Shown: positions 12,573-25,759 of the stretch, piece by piece | Numbering within the stretch: the first letter of the stretch is position 1 | How the letters are laid out: every line of letters starts with the position of its first letter | From: Malacoraja senta | Lineage: Eukaryota | Direction: 5' to 3' | DNA: 64,000 bases | Assembly: GCA_038087875.1 (NCBI GenBank) | Contig: CM076002.1 | Location: 496,001-560,000, forward strand | Translations under genes and position numbers: made by a program | Notes under the pieces: generated by a model | What the model saw: the letters and a program-made list of their open reading frames with translations, nothing else | Databases searched by the model: none | Told to the model about the DNA's origin: nothing

Positions 12573-13010
12573 CAATATTTCATATATCTTCAAATTCGAG
12601 ATTTTTTGAAAACTTATACCCACGAGTACCAAACTCTGTTGCCAGATATATTAGATGAAGGTATGAATAGAAACGCAGAGTCAAATAATCTAATATCATA
12701 AGTGTACAATATCCTTCTAAATATAGAAATTCCATCGTCAGACGTAATTAGAAGAGAATGGGAAGAGGAATTAGGCCTAAAAATTTCTATACACAGATGG
12801 GAAAAATATCTCCTATATATACATAATTGTTCGATTAATATTAGACATATTCTAATCCAATTTAAAATACTACACAGACTATATTACTCAAAAACTAAAC
12901 TGAATAAGATTTTTCCAAATGTATCTCCTATCTGCGACAAATGTCTTTCACGTTTTGTTTTTCTAAATTTTTATTATTCTTTGATTTTGTCTTCTTATTC
13001 TTTCCTATCT
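12573..13010 (+). mobile_element. L1 ORF2 3' fragment, probable host of DIRS #1
   Basis: ORF 12702-13034 with IRREWEEEL...CSINIRH.LIQFKILHRLYY...CDKC. Confidence 0.85.
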
Positions 13011-13605
13011 ATTTACCTGTCCAAATATTTTTAAACATTGTCACTTTACCTGTCAGAAAAGCTAGTAGAGGCAGGTAAAATAACAATGTGTAAAGATATT
13101 TAGACAGGTACATTGATAGGAAAGTTTGGAGGGACAGGGACCAGGCATGGGCTTCTGGGATGACTTAGTTTTGTAACTTGGTCTGCATGGACGATTTGGA
13201 TTGAAGGGCCTGTTTCCATCCTGTATAGATATTTAAACATTGAAAAGCTGCGTGAAAATCTTCCCCCCTTAACTTAAACCCTGCGCCCTCTAGTTTTAAA
13301 CTCAATACCAGGGAAATCGCTGTTTTTTCAGGGTTTTATTAACTTCTGTAAAGTCACCCTTCAGCCTCCAATGATCATGAAACTAATCCCAATCATCTCC
13401 TTGTTACGCAAATCTAAAAGCCCGTACAGTCACATGGTTTATTTGAAAAGCCAAGAATGTGTTTGGGGTGAAACTGAAAACACTGAAGCTGTCAGTAATA
13501 CCAGGCACAATCTGGGCAGAAGTCACACTGACAACCTGAAGCAGTCATTCACCTGTCCGGGACACTGAAGGAAGGAGCTGGTAATCAGTCACTGTGCGTT
13601 TTGCT
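12995..13605 (+). repeat. Segmental duplication unit, copy 1 (paralog of ~23245-23890)
   Basis: Colinear similarity across an old LINE tail and non-TE sequence. Confidence 0.85.
13431..13586 (+). promoter_or_regulatory. Candidate E-box/GAS/ISRE promoter and first exon, copy 1
   Basis: CACATG 13431, TTATTTGAA 13439 (degenerate GAS), GAAACTGAAA 13470-13479, CTG|GTAATC donor-like site at 13581. Confidence 0.35.
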
Positions 13606-13894
13606 GTCTATTGGTCTGCGTTACACTTATTCAGTGCTGTCTCTGATGTTCAGTTCACTCACCTTCCAATGTTATTTCTGGCAGTGTGAGTGGTGAGATT
13701 GTTTGATTGGAGCCACAGACACTACTCTCGTGAGAGGTAAGGTGAAGAGAGGGGACGGAGACCGGCAGCAACTGTGGGATTGCCATGACGGAGGTATAGA
13801 AGGAGGGCCAGGTAGAGTGGGAGCGGCCGTGTTGGGAGGGATTGTGTGATCAAAGTGATGCTGCTGAGGTGAAGGTGTGGGCTTGGGTGAGAAT

Positions 13895-15515
13895 TGGACT
13901 TCATCCACTCTCCCAACCTATCCAAATTATTCTGCAGAGTAACTGCTTTCTCTACACTACTTGCTACTCCACTTATCTTTGTATCAGCTGTAAACCTGGC
14001 CACAAAGCCTTCAATTCCCTCATCCAAATCATTGATATACAACTTGAAGAGCAACGGTCCCAGCACCGAGTCCTTGGGAACACTGCTAGTCACTGACAGC
14101 CAACCAGAAAACGCATCCTTTATTGCCAATCTTTGCCGTCTGCCACCCAGCCAACCTGCTATCCATGCTAGTATCTTCCCTCTGATACCATAGGCTCTCA
14201 TCCTCTTTAGCAGTCTCACGTGCAGCAACTTATCAAAGGCTTTCTGAAAATCCAAGTAAACCACATCCAAAGACTCTTCTTTCTCTATCCTGCTATTTAT
14301 TTCCTCGGCGAATTCCAAAAGGTTAGTCAGGCAAGATCTCCCTTTCACAAAATCATGTTGACTTTGGCCTATTTTATTGTGTGCTGATATGTACTCAGAA
14401 ACCTCATCCTTTTGTAATGGACCCTAAAATCTTACCAATCATTGAAGTTAGGCTAACAATAGACAATAAGTGCAGGAGTAGGCCCCTTTCCTACCTTCTT
14501 CCCATATCCTTTGACTCCGCTATCTTTAAGAGTTCTATCTAACTCTTTCTTGAAAGCATTCAGAGAATTGGCCTCCAGTGCCTTCTGAGGCAGGGTATTC
14601 CACAGTTTCACAACTCTCTGGGTGAAAAACATAGAAACATAGAAAATAGGTACAGGAGTAGGCCATTCGGCCCTTTGAGCCTGCACCGCCATTCAATATG
14701 ATCATGGCTGATCATCCAACTCAGTATCCTGTACCTGCCTTCTCTCCATACCCCCTGATCCCTTTAGCCACAAGGGCCACATCTAACTCCCTCTTAAATA
14801 TAGCCAATGAACTGGCCTCAACTACCTTTTGTGGCAGAGAATTCCACAGATTCACCACTCTCTGTGTAAAAAATTATTTTCTCATCTCGGTCCTGAAAGA
14901 CTTCCCCCTTATCCTTAAACTGTGACCCCTTGTTCTGCACTTCCCCAACATCGGGAATAATCTTCCTGCATCTAGCCTGTCCAACCCCTTAAGAATTTTG
15001 TACGTTTCTATAAGATCCCCCCTCAATCTTCTAAATTCTAGCGAGTTTTTCCTCACCTCTGTTCTAAATGACCTACCCCTTATTCATAAACTGTGGCCCC
15101 TGGTTCTGGACTCCCACACCATCAGGAACATGTTCCTGCCTCTAGTGTGTCCAATCCCTTAATAATCTTATACATTTCTAGAAGATTCCCTCTCATCCTT
15201 CTAAACTCCAGTGTATACAAGCCCAGTCGCTCCACTCTTTCAACATATGAGTCCAACCTCCCGGGAATTAACAACGTGAACCTACGCTGCATTCCCTCAT
15301 TACAAGAATGTCCTTCCTCAAATTTGGAGACCAAAACTGAACACAATACTCCAGGTGTGGTCTCACTAGGGCCCTGTACAACTGTAGAAGGACCTCTTTG
15401 CTCCTATACTCAACTTCTCTTGTTATGAAGGCCAACATGCCATTCGCTTTCTTCACTGCCTGCTGCACCTGCATGCTTACTTTCAGTGACTGCTGAACAA
15501 GGACACCCAAATCTT
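13895..15515 (-). mobile_element. CR1 RT and 3' fragments, with a nested younger CR1 3' end at ~14627-15044
   Basis: GRSCLTNLLEF, YLDFQKAFD and RPHLEYCVQFWSP motifs; (ATAGAAAC)n tail at ~14627-14645. Confidence 0.88.
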
Positions 15516-15918
15516 GTCAGGATAATACTGGGGAAATTCAAATCCCCAATTATTCCGATACAATTTCTCTCTGCAATTTGCCGTGATATTTGCTCCTCTA
15601 TCTTCTGCTAACTGTTGGGAATCTAATCGCCTCCTTTTTTAACCTCTACCCATATTGTTGCATTTGAAGTGTATGCTAAATCATCCTCCCTCATTAGTGC
15701 AATGATGATGTCCTTCACAAATAATGTAATGCGGGGACTTCCGGTAGTGCCATGGAACACTAGGGCGCTGCATTGAGCTCCACTCCCGTAAAATCGCAAA
15801 AAAGCCGTCTTAAAGTCGGGACTGAATCTAAAAATAACTCACCGGAGCTGCTTGGCGTTGCACAAGGTGACATCATCAGAAAACTACGCTAAAATCGCGA
15901 TAAAATCGGGACTTTTAA

Positions 15919-17010
15919 ATGAGAAAAGAAGAAACCACACGAGCACCCAAAAAAACCCACCATAAGTCTTCAACTCGAAAAAGTTTTGGATACTCTGCAA
16001 ACAACAGAAGAAGGCTCAGAAGGAGAGTCTTATAGCCAAGGATCTGGGCTGGAAATGGCTGCAAAAGCAGAAAAGAAGGAGAAGGAGAAGGAGGTAAAAC
16101 AAATGCTTTTTGAAATGAATGCCACAATCAATACTATGGAAAAGATGCAGAGTATGGAGACTAAGATGCAGAATATGGAGACTAATATGGAGGCTAAAAT
16201 GGATATGTTTTCTCATAAAATGGATGGTGCTTGTGCTGAATTAAAGGAGCTAAAGAAACAACATAATGAGTTTGATAAAAAACTTAAATCAGAATTTGTT
16301 AGAATCGAAAATGTTTATAATCAGAAATTTGCTGGTGTAAATCTTAAGATGGACAACAATGATGAGAGAATGGAAGAGATGGAAAATGATATGAAAGAGA
16401 TGATTATGGAAATAAATAGTTTGAAAAAACTAAAGAAAGATGAAGCAGAAAAACTTGCAAGAATGACTGACAAATGTTTGGATTTGGAAGCGAGATCGAG
16501 AAGGCAGAATTTGAGAATTGTGGGAGTAAGAGAAGGACGAGAAGGACATGTATCTGAAACACGTACTTTTGTTGCTGACTTACTCAAAGATGTTTTTAAA
16601 CTGTCGGAAGAATTAAGAATAGATACTGTTCGCCGAGTTGGACGTGTCTCAAGAGGCATAAAAGCTGCTCCAAGACAGATAATTGTGACATTTCTTGATA
16701 TCTCTTCAGTGGAATTTATATTGAATAAGATTGTTCATGGGGTGAACTTGATACACGGTGGGGATAATATCCGATTTTTTCGTGATTATCCTCCGGAGAT
16801 TGTCCAGAGAATGAACTTGTTTACACAGACAAGAAACATATTGAGGGGTATTTCTAAGGACAGATATGGAGCGGTTTTCCCAGCAAAATTACTTATAACA
16901 GAATTGAGCGCTCATTTATGGACCCCGAAAAAGCATTTAAGTATGCAGAAGATATTGTGAGAAAAGCATCGAAAACTTCGGAAGAAGAGGGCGAAGAGGA
17001 GGAACAATTA
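15919..17010 (+). pseudogene. L1 ORF1
   Basis: ORF 15986-16960: coiled coil, DLEARSRRQNLRIVGVRE, PRQIIV.F, RDYP, FPAKL. Frameshifts near both ends. Confidence 0.92.
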
Positions 17011-17984
17011 ATTTTTTAACTTTTAAGATAGAGTGGTCAAGATGGTGGTTTTCCAGACAGCTACTGAGCTTATCTGTCTGGAATGTGTATTTGAGAACAT
17101 TTTCCATGTTTCACCTTGAATGAAAAGCTCAAAGATAAACAAAAGGATGTTGAAGATACCGTATAAGGGACATGGATGAGACATGGTGAGATAATATCAA
17201 TATCTAACTTTCTAATTATTATATTCTAATTATTCTAATTATAATTAACCAACTAATTTAACTAATTTAATTATACTAATGATTAATGATTGCACGTAGT
17301 ATATATGAATAAATCATGAATAAACCATTGCTCATAAATTGTAATTAACCAAAATGTTTATAACATTACTAACGTATTTTTCGTGTGTGGGAATGCAATA
17401 TAAACTTGGAAAAGATCCAGGAATGAGGTTAACCCCTCGGTACCTGCTTGTATGGTAGTTGGTCAGATAAATTGGAAAGGTATAATACTTATAGAACTGA
17501 GAATGTTGGGTTTTATATTCGTTTTTTTTTTAATTATTACCTTATTTTTTACTTTTTAATATTTTTCTTTGAGTTTTTTTTTGCTTTTTATTAGTGCTAG
17601 TTTGATAAATTTAAACCAGAATAAATAAGATATGAGACGGTCTGTAGTTTTTGTTACGAGGTGTTAATAAGGGATTGGGGTTCAATGTAATACAACATCA
17701 ATGGAAGTCATTAAATTTTTCGCCACCTTAAGTGGCTATACGTCTTTAAGGTATCTTTTCTTAGATACCTTAATTTCACTTTTTTTTTTTAATCATTACA
17801 TAAATTTGTATTTGTTTAGTTTTTGTGTAATTAATTTTAAATTACATTTTTTTTGCTTTATCTAAGGCATTTTTGGAGAAGGAGATGTAATATAAACTTA
17901 AAAACTTGGAATGACCACCCAACGCCCAGAATTTTGAGGTATTTGTTTGCACCATATGATTCAAGAATACTACTTTGATATACA

Positions 17985-20900
17985 ATGCAAGACGATAGAC
18001 AAATAAAGAATGGAGGAATCACATTCTGTAGTTGGAATATAAGGGGTGCCAATGAACCAATAAAGAGGGGTAAAATTTTTGCTCATCTAAAATCTTTGAA
18101 AAGCGACATAATTTATTTGCAAGAAACTCACATGAAACAGCAAACACAAATGAGATTAAAGGCGAAGTGGATAGGCCAAACATATTATTCGTCATTTACT
18201 TCTAAATCTAGAGGTACGGCTATTCTTATTCGAAAAGGTATACCTTTCAAATTAAAGAATACTATATCAGATAAAGAGGGAAAGTATATCATAGTTTCGG
18301 GAGAAATTTATGCTACCCCAATAACTATGGTAAATATTTATGCTCCGAATTTTGATAACCCTCAATTTTTTGATAACATTATAGATATAATATTAGAGTT
18401 TAATTTATCAAAATGTGATAATAGGTGGGGATTTCAACTGTGTTTTAGATCCATTCTTAGACAAATCAGCAAAACAAAGAAGGAGTAATTTAAAATCTAA
18501 GACTAGTGAACTTCTAAATATATATATAAAAAATACTAATATAGATGTATGGAGATCTGCTAATCCAGCAGGAAGGGAATATTCGTTTTATTCTTCGGTA
18601 CATAAAACATATTCAAGAATTGATTACTTTTTAGTGGATATGAAATTAATGCCATATACAATTAATCCAACATATCACATTAGTAGTATTTCTGATCACT
18701 CTCCGTTGACTTTTTCAGTAAAATTTGAGGGAATGCCGGGTAAAAAATGTTTTTGGAGATTTAATACATATGTATTAAATGACTTACAGGGTTATCAATA
18801 TTTAAAACAACAAATGAAATTATTTTTTGAGATAAATGATACACCAGATACCTCACCTTCTTTACTATGGGAAACTTTTAAAGCATTTATTAGAGGAATT
18901 ATAATTTCATACGAAATTTTTCAAAATAAAAAGAATAAAATAGAACAAATGTTGTTAGAACAAGAAATAAGACAGTTAGAGTTAGATAATGCTAAAGACT
19001 CCACTATAGACAAACATAATAAGATAATATTACTGAAATTTAAACTTAATCGAATTCTCTCGGCAAGAGTAATAAGATTATTCCAAATTACAAAACAGGA
19101 ACATTTTGAGTTTGGTGATAAACCACATAAGCTGTTAGCGCGTCAACTGAAAAAACAAGAAAAATAAAATACTATAAATAAAATTAAATCCGAGAACGGT
19201 GAATTACTAATACTACCTAAAGATATTAATAAAAGATTTGCTCAATATTATCAAAATTTATACACATCAAAAACTAAAACAGAAGATAGTAAAATTTTTT
19301 TTTTTTTAGATAATTGTAATCTACCAAAACTTGATCTTTTGGAACAAGAAGAACTCGGAGCGCAAATTACAATTGAAGAAATAGATGAAACAATAAAATC
19401 GTTGAAAAATGGTAAGACACCGGGACCAGATGGTTTTAGTAATGAATTTTATAAAAAATTTCATGAGATAACAACCCCTTATTTATTTAATTTATATACT
19501 CATGCTTTTAAAGAAAATAAATTACCGGAAACATTAGCAGAATCAACTATCACGCTTATTCCATAGAAAGATAAAGATCTAGAGGAACCGGGCTCATATA
19601 GAGCTATATCACTTCTAAATACAGATCAGAAAATTTTATCAAAAACTTTAGCCAGAAGATTAAGCAAATATATTAGTAAATTGATAAATCCTGATCAAAC
19701 GGGGTTTATACCTAAAAGATATTCATTTAATAATTTGAGACGCCTGTTTAATATAATGTACTCACATAAAGTAGAGGAAGAAGACATATCAATTATTTCT
19801 TTGGATGCAAAGAAAGCATTTGATCAGGTAGAATGGCAGTATTTATACAAATTATTACAAAAATTTAATATGGGAGAGAATTTTATTACATGGGTGAAAT
19901 TATTATATGATAAACCGATGGCAAGAATATTAACTAATAGTATGTTATCTCAAAAATTTCAATTATCAAGGGGTAATAGGCAGGGATGTGCTTTATCACC
20001 CCTGCTATTTGCCCTTATGATAGAACCTTTGGCTGAAAGTATAAGAAGTCATCCAAAGATTCAGGGTTATAATACTAGGGACTCAAATAATAAAATTTCA
20101 TTATATGCAGACGATATTTTATTATATATAACAAACTCACAAACGAGCATACCAAATGTATTAAACTTAATAGAGGAATTTGGGTCCTTTTCTGGATATA
20201 GAATAAATTGGAACTAAAGTGAAATCATGACGTTAAAACCTCAATAATCCACACACTTACTGAAGTTCCCTTTTAAAATAGCAACAGAAAAATGTAAATA
20301 TTTGGGTATTCAGATTACTAGAAAACATAAAGCTTTATTCAATGCTAATTTTTTACCTTTAATAAATAAACTTAATATGATGATTAAATTTTGGAAAACA
20401 CTTCCTTTATCATTAATAGGTGGAATAAACGCTATAAAAATGATTTTTTTTACCACAGTTACTATACCTATTTCAGTCTATACCAGTATATGTACCAAAA
20501 TATTTTTTTTCTAAATTAAACTCTAATATTACAAATTTTGTTTGGGACTATAAATCACGTAGAATTAAAAAAGAACACTTATGTAAACCAAAAGATGTCG
20601 GGGGACTTTCACTCCCGAATTTTCTGTATTACTATTGGGCAATACATATTAAGAATATAATTTACTGGTTGGATAGTTCAACCCAACAGACAGAATGGAT
20701 AAAAATGGAGAAAGAGGATTGTTACCCTTGTAATATAGGAACGATCCTCTTCTCCCCGAAAAAAATGAACAATACAATATATAAGAAGAACCCAATTATA
20801 CAAGATACAATAAGAATATGGAAACAAATAAAATTATCCTTAAAATTAAGAAACCTATCATTGTTAACACCGATAGTGAATAATCCTTTATTTAAACCAT

Positions 20901-21792
20901 CTATGATGGACAAAATATATAATCAATGGGAAAGTTTAGGAATTAAAAGGATCAGGGACATGTATGAAATGGGAGATTTACTATCATTTCAACAATTACA
21001 ATTAAAATTTAAACTGAAAACAATCATTATTTTAAATATTTTCAGATTTGCAATTTCATGAAGACATATATACAGGGATATCAAAAAATAATTCCTGATT
21101 TATTGGAAGAAGTAATGAATATTAAAGCTGATACACAAAAATTAATATCATATTTATATAATAGTATTTTAAATATAGATTTACCTGCGACTGAGGTAAT
21201 TAGAGAAGAGTGGGAACGGGAATTAACGATAAAAATTACGAAGGTTACATGGGAAAAGTATTTGACATATATTCACAAATGTTCGATTAATGTAAGACAT
21301 AATCTAATTCAATTTAAAATTTTACATAGATTGTATTACTCAAAAATAAGATTAAATAAATTTTACCCAAATATATCCCCCACTTGCGATAAATGTTTAA
21401 CCCAAGATGCAACTATAACACACTCTTTTATTTCCTGTATAAAACATCATAGATTTTGGAGTGATATTTTTGAAATATTCACAACATTATTTAAGATAAA
21501 AATGGAACCTAATAATGAATTGATTATATTTTGGGGTAATGGAAGATGGGAATAAACTGAATCCATCTCAAAAATTATTTTAAATTATGGTTTAATAATA
21601 GCTAAAAAATTAATATTGAAATTTTGGAAAAATACACCAATACCAATGCTTAAAATGTGGATTGCAAGTATGTTGGACACCGCACATCTTGAGGAAATGC
21701 GATTCCGCCTAATAGATAAATTTGACCAATTCACAACGAGTTGGTCTCCATTTGTCGTCTTTTTGGAATCATGTGGTGCAACACAATTGTAA
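17985..21792 (+). pseudogene. L1 ORF2 (EN-RT), multiple stops and frameshifts
   Basis: SWNIRG, QETH, GGDFN, SDHSP, PGPDG, LDAKKAFD, YADD and CDKC motifs. Confidence 0.94.
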
Positions 21793-22112
21793 AAGTTAAC
21801 TCGTGACTGGGCGAGGGATGGTCAAGTTATAAATAAGATCTCCTTACTTCTTTTTTTCTTTCTCTTTCTTTTTCTTCTTTTATTTTATTTTTTCTATTTG
21901 CTATTTCTTAACTTTCTTCTTTCACTCTCCATTATCCTTTTTCACACACTATATATATCACATTTTTCTATTTTTCATTATCTAACTTCTTTTTCTTTTT
22001 CTCCTTTATTATAAAAATAAGAAGCTGTACATAATATGCATTATGAAAATATGATTGTATACAATTGTACTTACTTCTAATAAAAATTAAAAAAAATTAA
22101 AAAAATAATAAT

Positions 22113-22465
22113 AATAATGTAATGCTCTCTCCTCTTTTACAATGCCCTTGTCATGCCTGGAACTTCTATACCTTTTAACATTGAGTTGCTAGTCTTTCAA
22201 CTATGTCTCAATGATTGCAAAAATACCATATACCCACATGCTGATCAGCGCTAAGCTCATCTGCTTTACTGGTCAGAATCTTTACAACAAAATAGATGCA
22301 ATTTGACCTTCTCATCCTACCATGTACAACATCATGCCCACGTCTGTTCTATCTAATGACTGACCTAGTGTTTCTACATTTGACTGAAACTTACCCACAA
22401 TCACACATCTAGTCTAAGTCCCTGTTCCCCCAACCAAAGTAGTTTCAAATCTTCCCAACAATAGG
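22113..22465 (-). repeat. Old CR1 remnant (with 15520-15732), duplicated at ~26835-27376
   Basis: Colinear with 26835-27376. Minus strand retains a KADEL-like EN start. Confidence 0.7.
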
Positions 22466-22686
22466 CAAAAAGATTAGTGCATATGGGTAAAGATGTATGG
22501 ACATGGTGGGCCAACGGGCCTGCTTAGAATCATACCGCCCTGTAACAGACCCTTCAGCCCAATATGTCTATAACGACCAAGATTCCGACCATCTAAGCTT
22601 GTCCCATTTTCTCATGTTTGGCCCATATCCCTCTAAACCTTTCTTATCCATGCACATGTCCAAATGTCTTTTAAATATTGTTATAG

Positions 22687-22820
22687 CGAGTGGCTGCTTC
22701 AGGTTCTCAGTGTGATCTCTGCCCAGATTGTGCCTTGGTTTTACTGAGAGCTTCAGTGTTTTCAGTTCCACCCGACCCAAACCACATCCTTTGTTTTTCA
22801 CAGAAACCACGTGACTGTTA
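22687..22820 (-). promoter_or_regulatory. Candidate E-box/GAS/IRF module, inverted copy
   Basis: CACGTG 22808-22813, TTCACAGAA 22797-22805, GGAACTGAAA (minus) 22760-22769. Homologous to 13431-13550. Confidence 0.35.
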
Positions 22821-22900
22821 GAATCATAGAGCTAAACAGCATCAAAACGAGCCCATCGGCCCAACGCATCCATGCTGAACAAGTTACTGAGTTAGTTACT

Positions 22901-23213
22901 TGTTTAAGAAAGAACTGCAGATGCTGGAAAAATCGAAGGTAGACAGAAATGCTGGAGAAACTCAACGGGTGAGGCAGCATCTATGGAGCGAAGGAATAGG
23001 TGACGTTTCAGGTCGAGACCCTTCTTCAGACTGATGTGGGGGTGGGGGAGGTGGGGGGGTGGGAAGAAGAAAGGAAGAGGCAGACACAGAAGGCTGTGGG
23101 GGGCAGTGAGAGAGGAGGTTGATTAACTGTCTTCGGAGAGAGGAGGAGAACTTCTTCAAAGTAGGCAGTGAGGAGATTTCGCTGTGGAGTAGACAAAAAG
23201 TTTAAGACAAAAT
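22901..23213 (-). mobile_element. Penelope pseudo-LTR fragment
   Basis: Same terminal sequence as the other Penelope copies. Imperfect TSD GTTAGT(T/A)ACTTG at 22891-22902 and 23214-23225. Confidence 0.8.
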
Positions 23214-23717
23214 GTTAGTAACTTGGTCCCAGTCCCTCCAAACCTTTCTTATCTATTTACCTGACCAAATATTTTTAAACGTTGTCACTTTACCTGTCAG
23301 AGAAGCTAGTAAAGGCAGGTAAAATAATACTGTTTAAAGATATTTAGACAGGTACATTGATAGGAAAGTTTGGAGAGACATGGACCAGGCACGGACTTCT
23401 GGGATAAACTCAGTTTGCAACTTGATCCGCATGAACGATTTGGGCTGAAGGGCCTGTTTCAATGCTGTATAGATATTTAAACATTGACAAGCTGTATGAA
23501 TATGTTACCCCTTTAAATCTTCCCCTTCTTAACTTAAACCCTGTGCCCTCTAGTTTTAAACTCTCCAATACCAGGGAAAAGACACTGACCATCCATCTTA
23601 TCTTTGCCTCTCATAGTTTTATTAACTTCTGTAAAGACTCCCTTCAGCCTCCAATGATCATGAAAATAATCCTCATCCTCTTTTTGTTAAGCAATTCTGA
23701 AAACACGAACAAACATT

Positions 23718-23873
23718 CACATGGTTTCAGTGAAAAGCCAAGGACGTGGTTGGGGTGAAACTGAAAACACTGAAGCTCTCAGTAAAACAATGCACAACAT
23801 GGGGAGAAGTCACACTGACAACCTGAAGTAGCCACTCACCAGTCCGGGACACTGAAGGAAGGAGCTGGTAATC
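23718..23873 (+). promoter_or_regulatory. Candidate E-box/GAS/ISRE promoter and first exon, copy 2
   Basis: CACATG 23718, TTCAGTGAA 23726-23734, GAAACTGAAA 23757-23766, CTG|GTAATC at 23868. Confidence 0.38.
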
Positions 23874-23889
23874 AGTCACTGTGCGTTTT

Positions 23890-25250
23890 CATCATTGGCG
23901 GTCACTCTAAACGAGTATGACTGTCCTCGCCTCTCCATATGGTCGTCTACTTGTGAGTCTGCAGTTGTCTGTAGAGGCCGATCGGCAATCCACACACCTT
24001 GGTGCAACGTGGGCAGTGGAGACTGGCTGTGGTTGTTAGTCGTCGAGCTCCCTTCTCTCTCTTTACGGTGCTGTCGCATCTTCTCTGTGACTTGTGACGT
24101 GCAGCTCCTTCCTGCACAGATTTCCTCCAGGAGCGCCTGGCCAGTGCAATGTGCTCCCAGTTGCTCGATGTGATGTGGAATTTCTTCAGACTGTTCTTGA
24201 TGTTGTCCTTGAATCATTTCTTTGGCCCGCCGGGGGCTCACCGACCTTCCTTCAGTTGAGAGTACAGGATTTGTTTAGGGAGATGTGTGTTGGACATGCG
24301 GATGACATGGCCAGTCCATCTAAGTTTATGCTGCATTATTGTGGAGGTGATGCTGGTCATGTTGGCTTCATTCAAAACGCTGATGTTGGTGCGTTTGTCC
24401 TTTCAGCTGATGCTCAGAATCTTTTGTAAGGATCTTTGATGGTATTGTTCCATGGCTCTCAGGTGCCTGCTGTAGGTGGTCCATGACTCAGCTCCATACA
24501 ACAGGATGGAGAGGACAACAGCGCTGTAGGCCAGCAGTTTTGATTGAGCCTTTAGGTCTCGGTCTTCAAAGACCCTTTTCCTGCGCCTGGCATAGGATCC
24601 GCTGGCACAACCCAGGCGATGGTTGACCTCAGATTCGATGTCAGGTTTTGAGAAAAGAATGCTGCCAAGGTAGGAGACGTGGTCAACGTTTTCAAGAGTG
24701 GCGTCATCCTATTTTATAGTGGGCTGGGTAGACGGCTGGTTGGGTGGAGGTTGATGTAGGACCTGGGTCTTCTTGATATTTAAGGCTTGGCAAAGGCAAA
24801 GGCATTCAGGATGCCCTGGAGGTCTTCTGCAGAGTGTGCTGCAATGACGCAGTAATCCAAGCTCCATGATGGCAGTGTTACTGACTTTTCTCTTGGCCTT
24901 CAACACACATTCCATGCTCCAAAGTTAATAATCATATTTCTGTGTTTCTGACCGCGTGTGGTGATACCTCTGGACGCGGTAATCCAGTTGGTAAGTTTGA
25001 GGCAGGCTATTTTCAGGGCACCTTTTCTAGCCCTTTCCCCAAGTATGGTGAGCAGAGTGGATCCTAAATAGGACTGCTCAGTCGTGGGTGCAGATGCCGA
25101 AGGGCTCTTCTGCCTCATTCCAAGAGTCCAGCGACTGAATATAGCACCCACCGCCTGATATAACAGCTCATCATTACGGGTTTCCAGATCTCACAATCCT
25201 GCCCCCGTCACCACTTGCTGTTCGCCATAGGACTTATTCTTACCTTCACC
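23890..25250 (-). mobile_element. RTE-clade LINE, internally deleted
   Basis: NFGAWNV EN start (ORF 24900-25151), LNIKKTQVL, a C-terminal C..C...H zinc finger near 23955-24010, and a short ATGATGA tail. Confidence 0.75.
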
Positions 25251-25261
25251 AAAATACTATC

Positions 25262-25460
25262 TTGGAAACTTTCCAATCAGGTTTCAGGGCTCACCATAGC
25301 ACAGAGTCTGCCTTGTTGAAGGTACACAATGACCTACTGCTCACCGTTGACTCCGGCGACTGTGCAATTCTGCTCCTTCTTGACCTCAGCGCAGCATTTG
25401 ATACGGTCGACCACACCATCCTAATTGACCGTCTCCGGTATGGGGTTGGTATTGATGGCC
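25262..25460 (+). mobile_element. L2-clade RT fragment, followed by a duplicated RTE piece (~25461-25545)
   Basis: FQSGFRAHHSTESALLKVHNDLL...LLDLSAAFDTVDH. Confidence 0.85.
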
Positions 25461-25759
25461 AAGATGTTGCATTTCATCAGACTGTTCTTGATGTTGTCCT
25501 TGAAGCGTTTCTTTGGCCCGCCGGGGGTTAGCCGACCTTCCTTCTATTCCTTCAGTCTCACGTGCGGCACCTTAGCAAAGGCTTCCAGAAAGTCCAGGTA
25601 AACCGCATCCACAGATTCTTGTTTGTCTATCCTGCAATTTATTTCCACAGAGAATTCCAACAGGTTAGTCAGGCAAGATCTCCCTTTCACAAAATCATGT
25701 TGACTTCGGCCTATTTTATTGTGTGCTTATAAGTACTCAGAAACTTCATCCTTTTGTAA

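Larger units (their letters stand above)
15733..22112 (+). mobile_element. L1 LINE #2, full length, degenerate
   Basis: GGGGACTTCCGG 5' end, ORF1, spacer, ORF2, AATAAA and A tail. 13-bp TSD AATAATGTAATGC at 15720-15732 and 22113-22125. Empty site in the paralog at 27031-27043. Confidence 0.96.

Noticed and set aside
13590..13596. V(D)J RSS heptamer CACTGTG (also ~23877)
   Set aside because: No nonamer at 12 or 23 spacing and no V, D or J segment nearby.
15700..15730. C/D snoRNA box C (ATGATGA), duplicated at ~27013
   Set aside because: Lies within an old antisense CR1 remnant, with no convincing D box or terminal stem.
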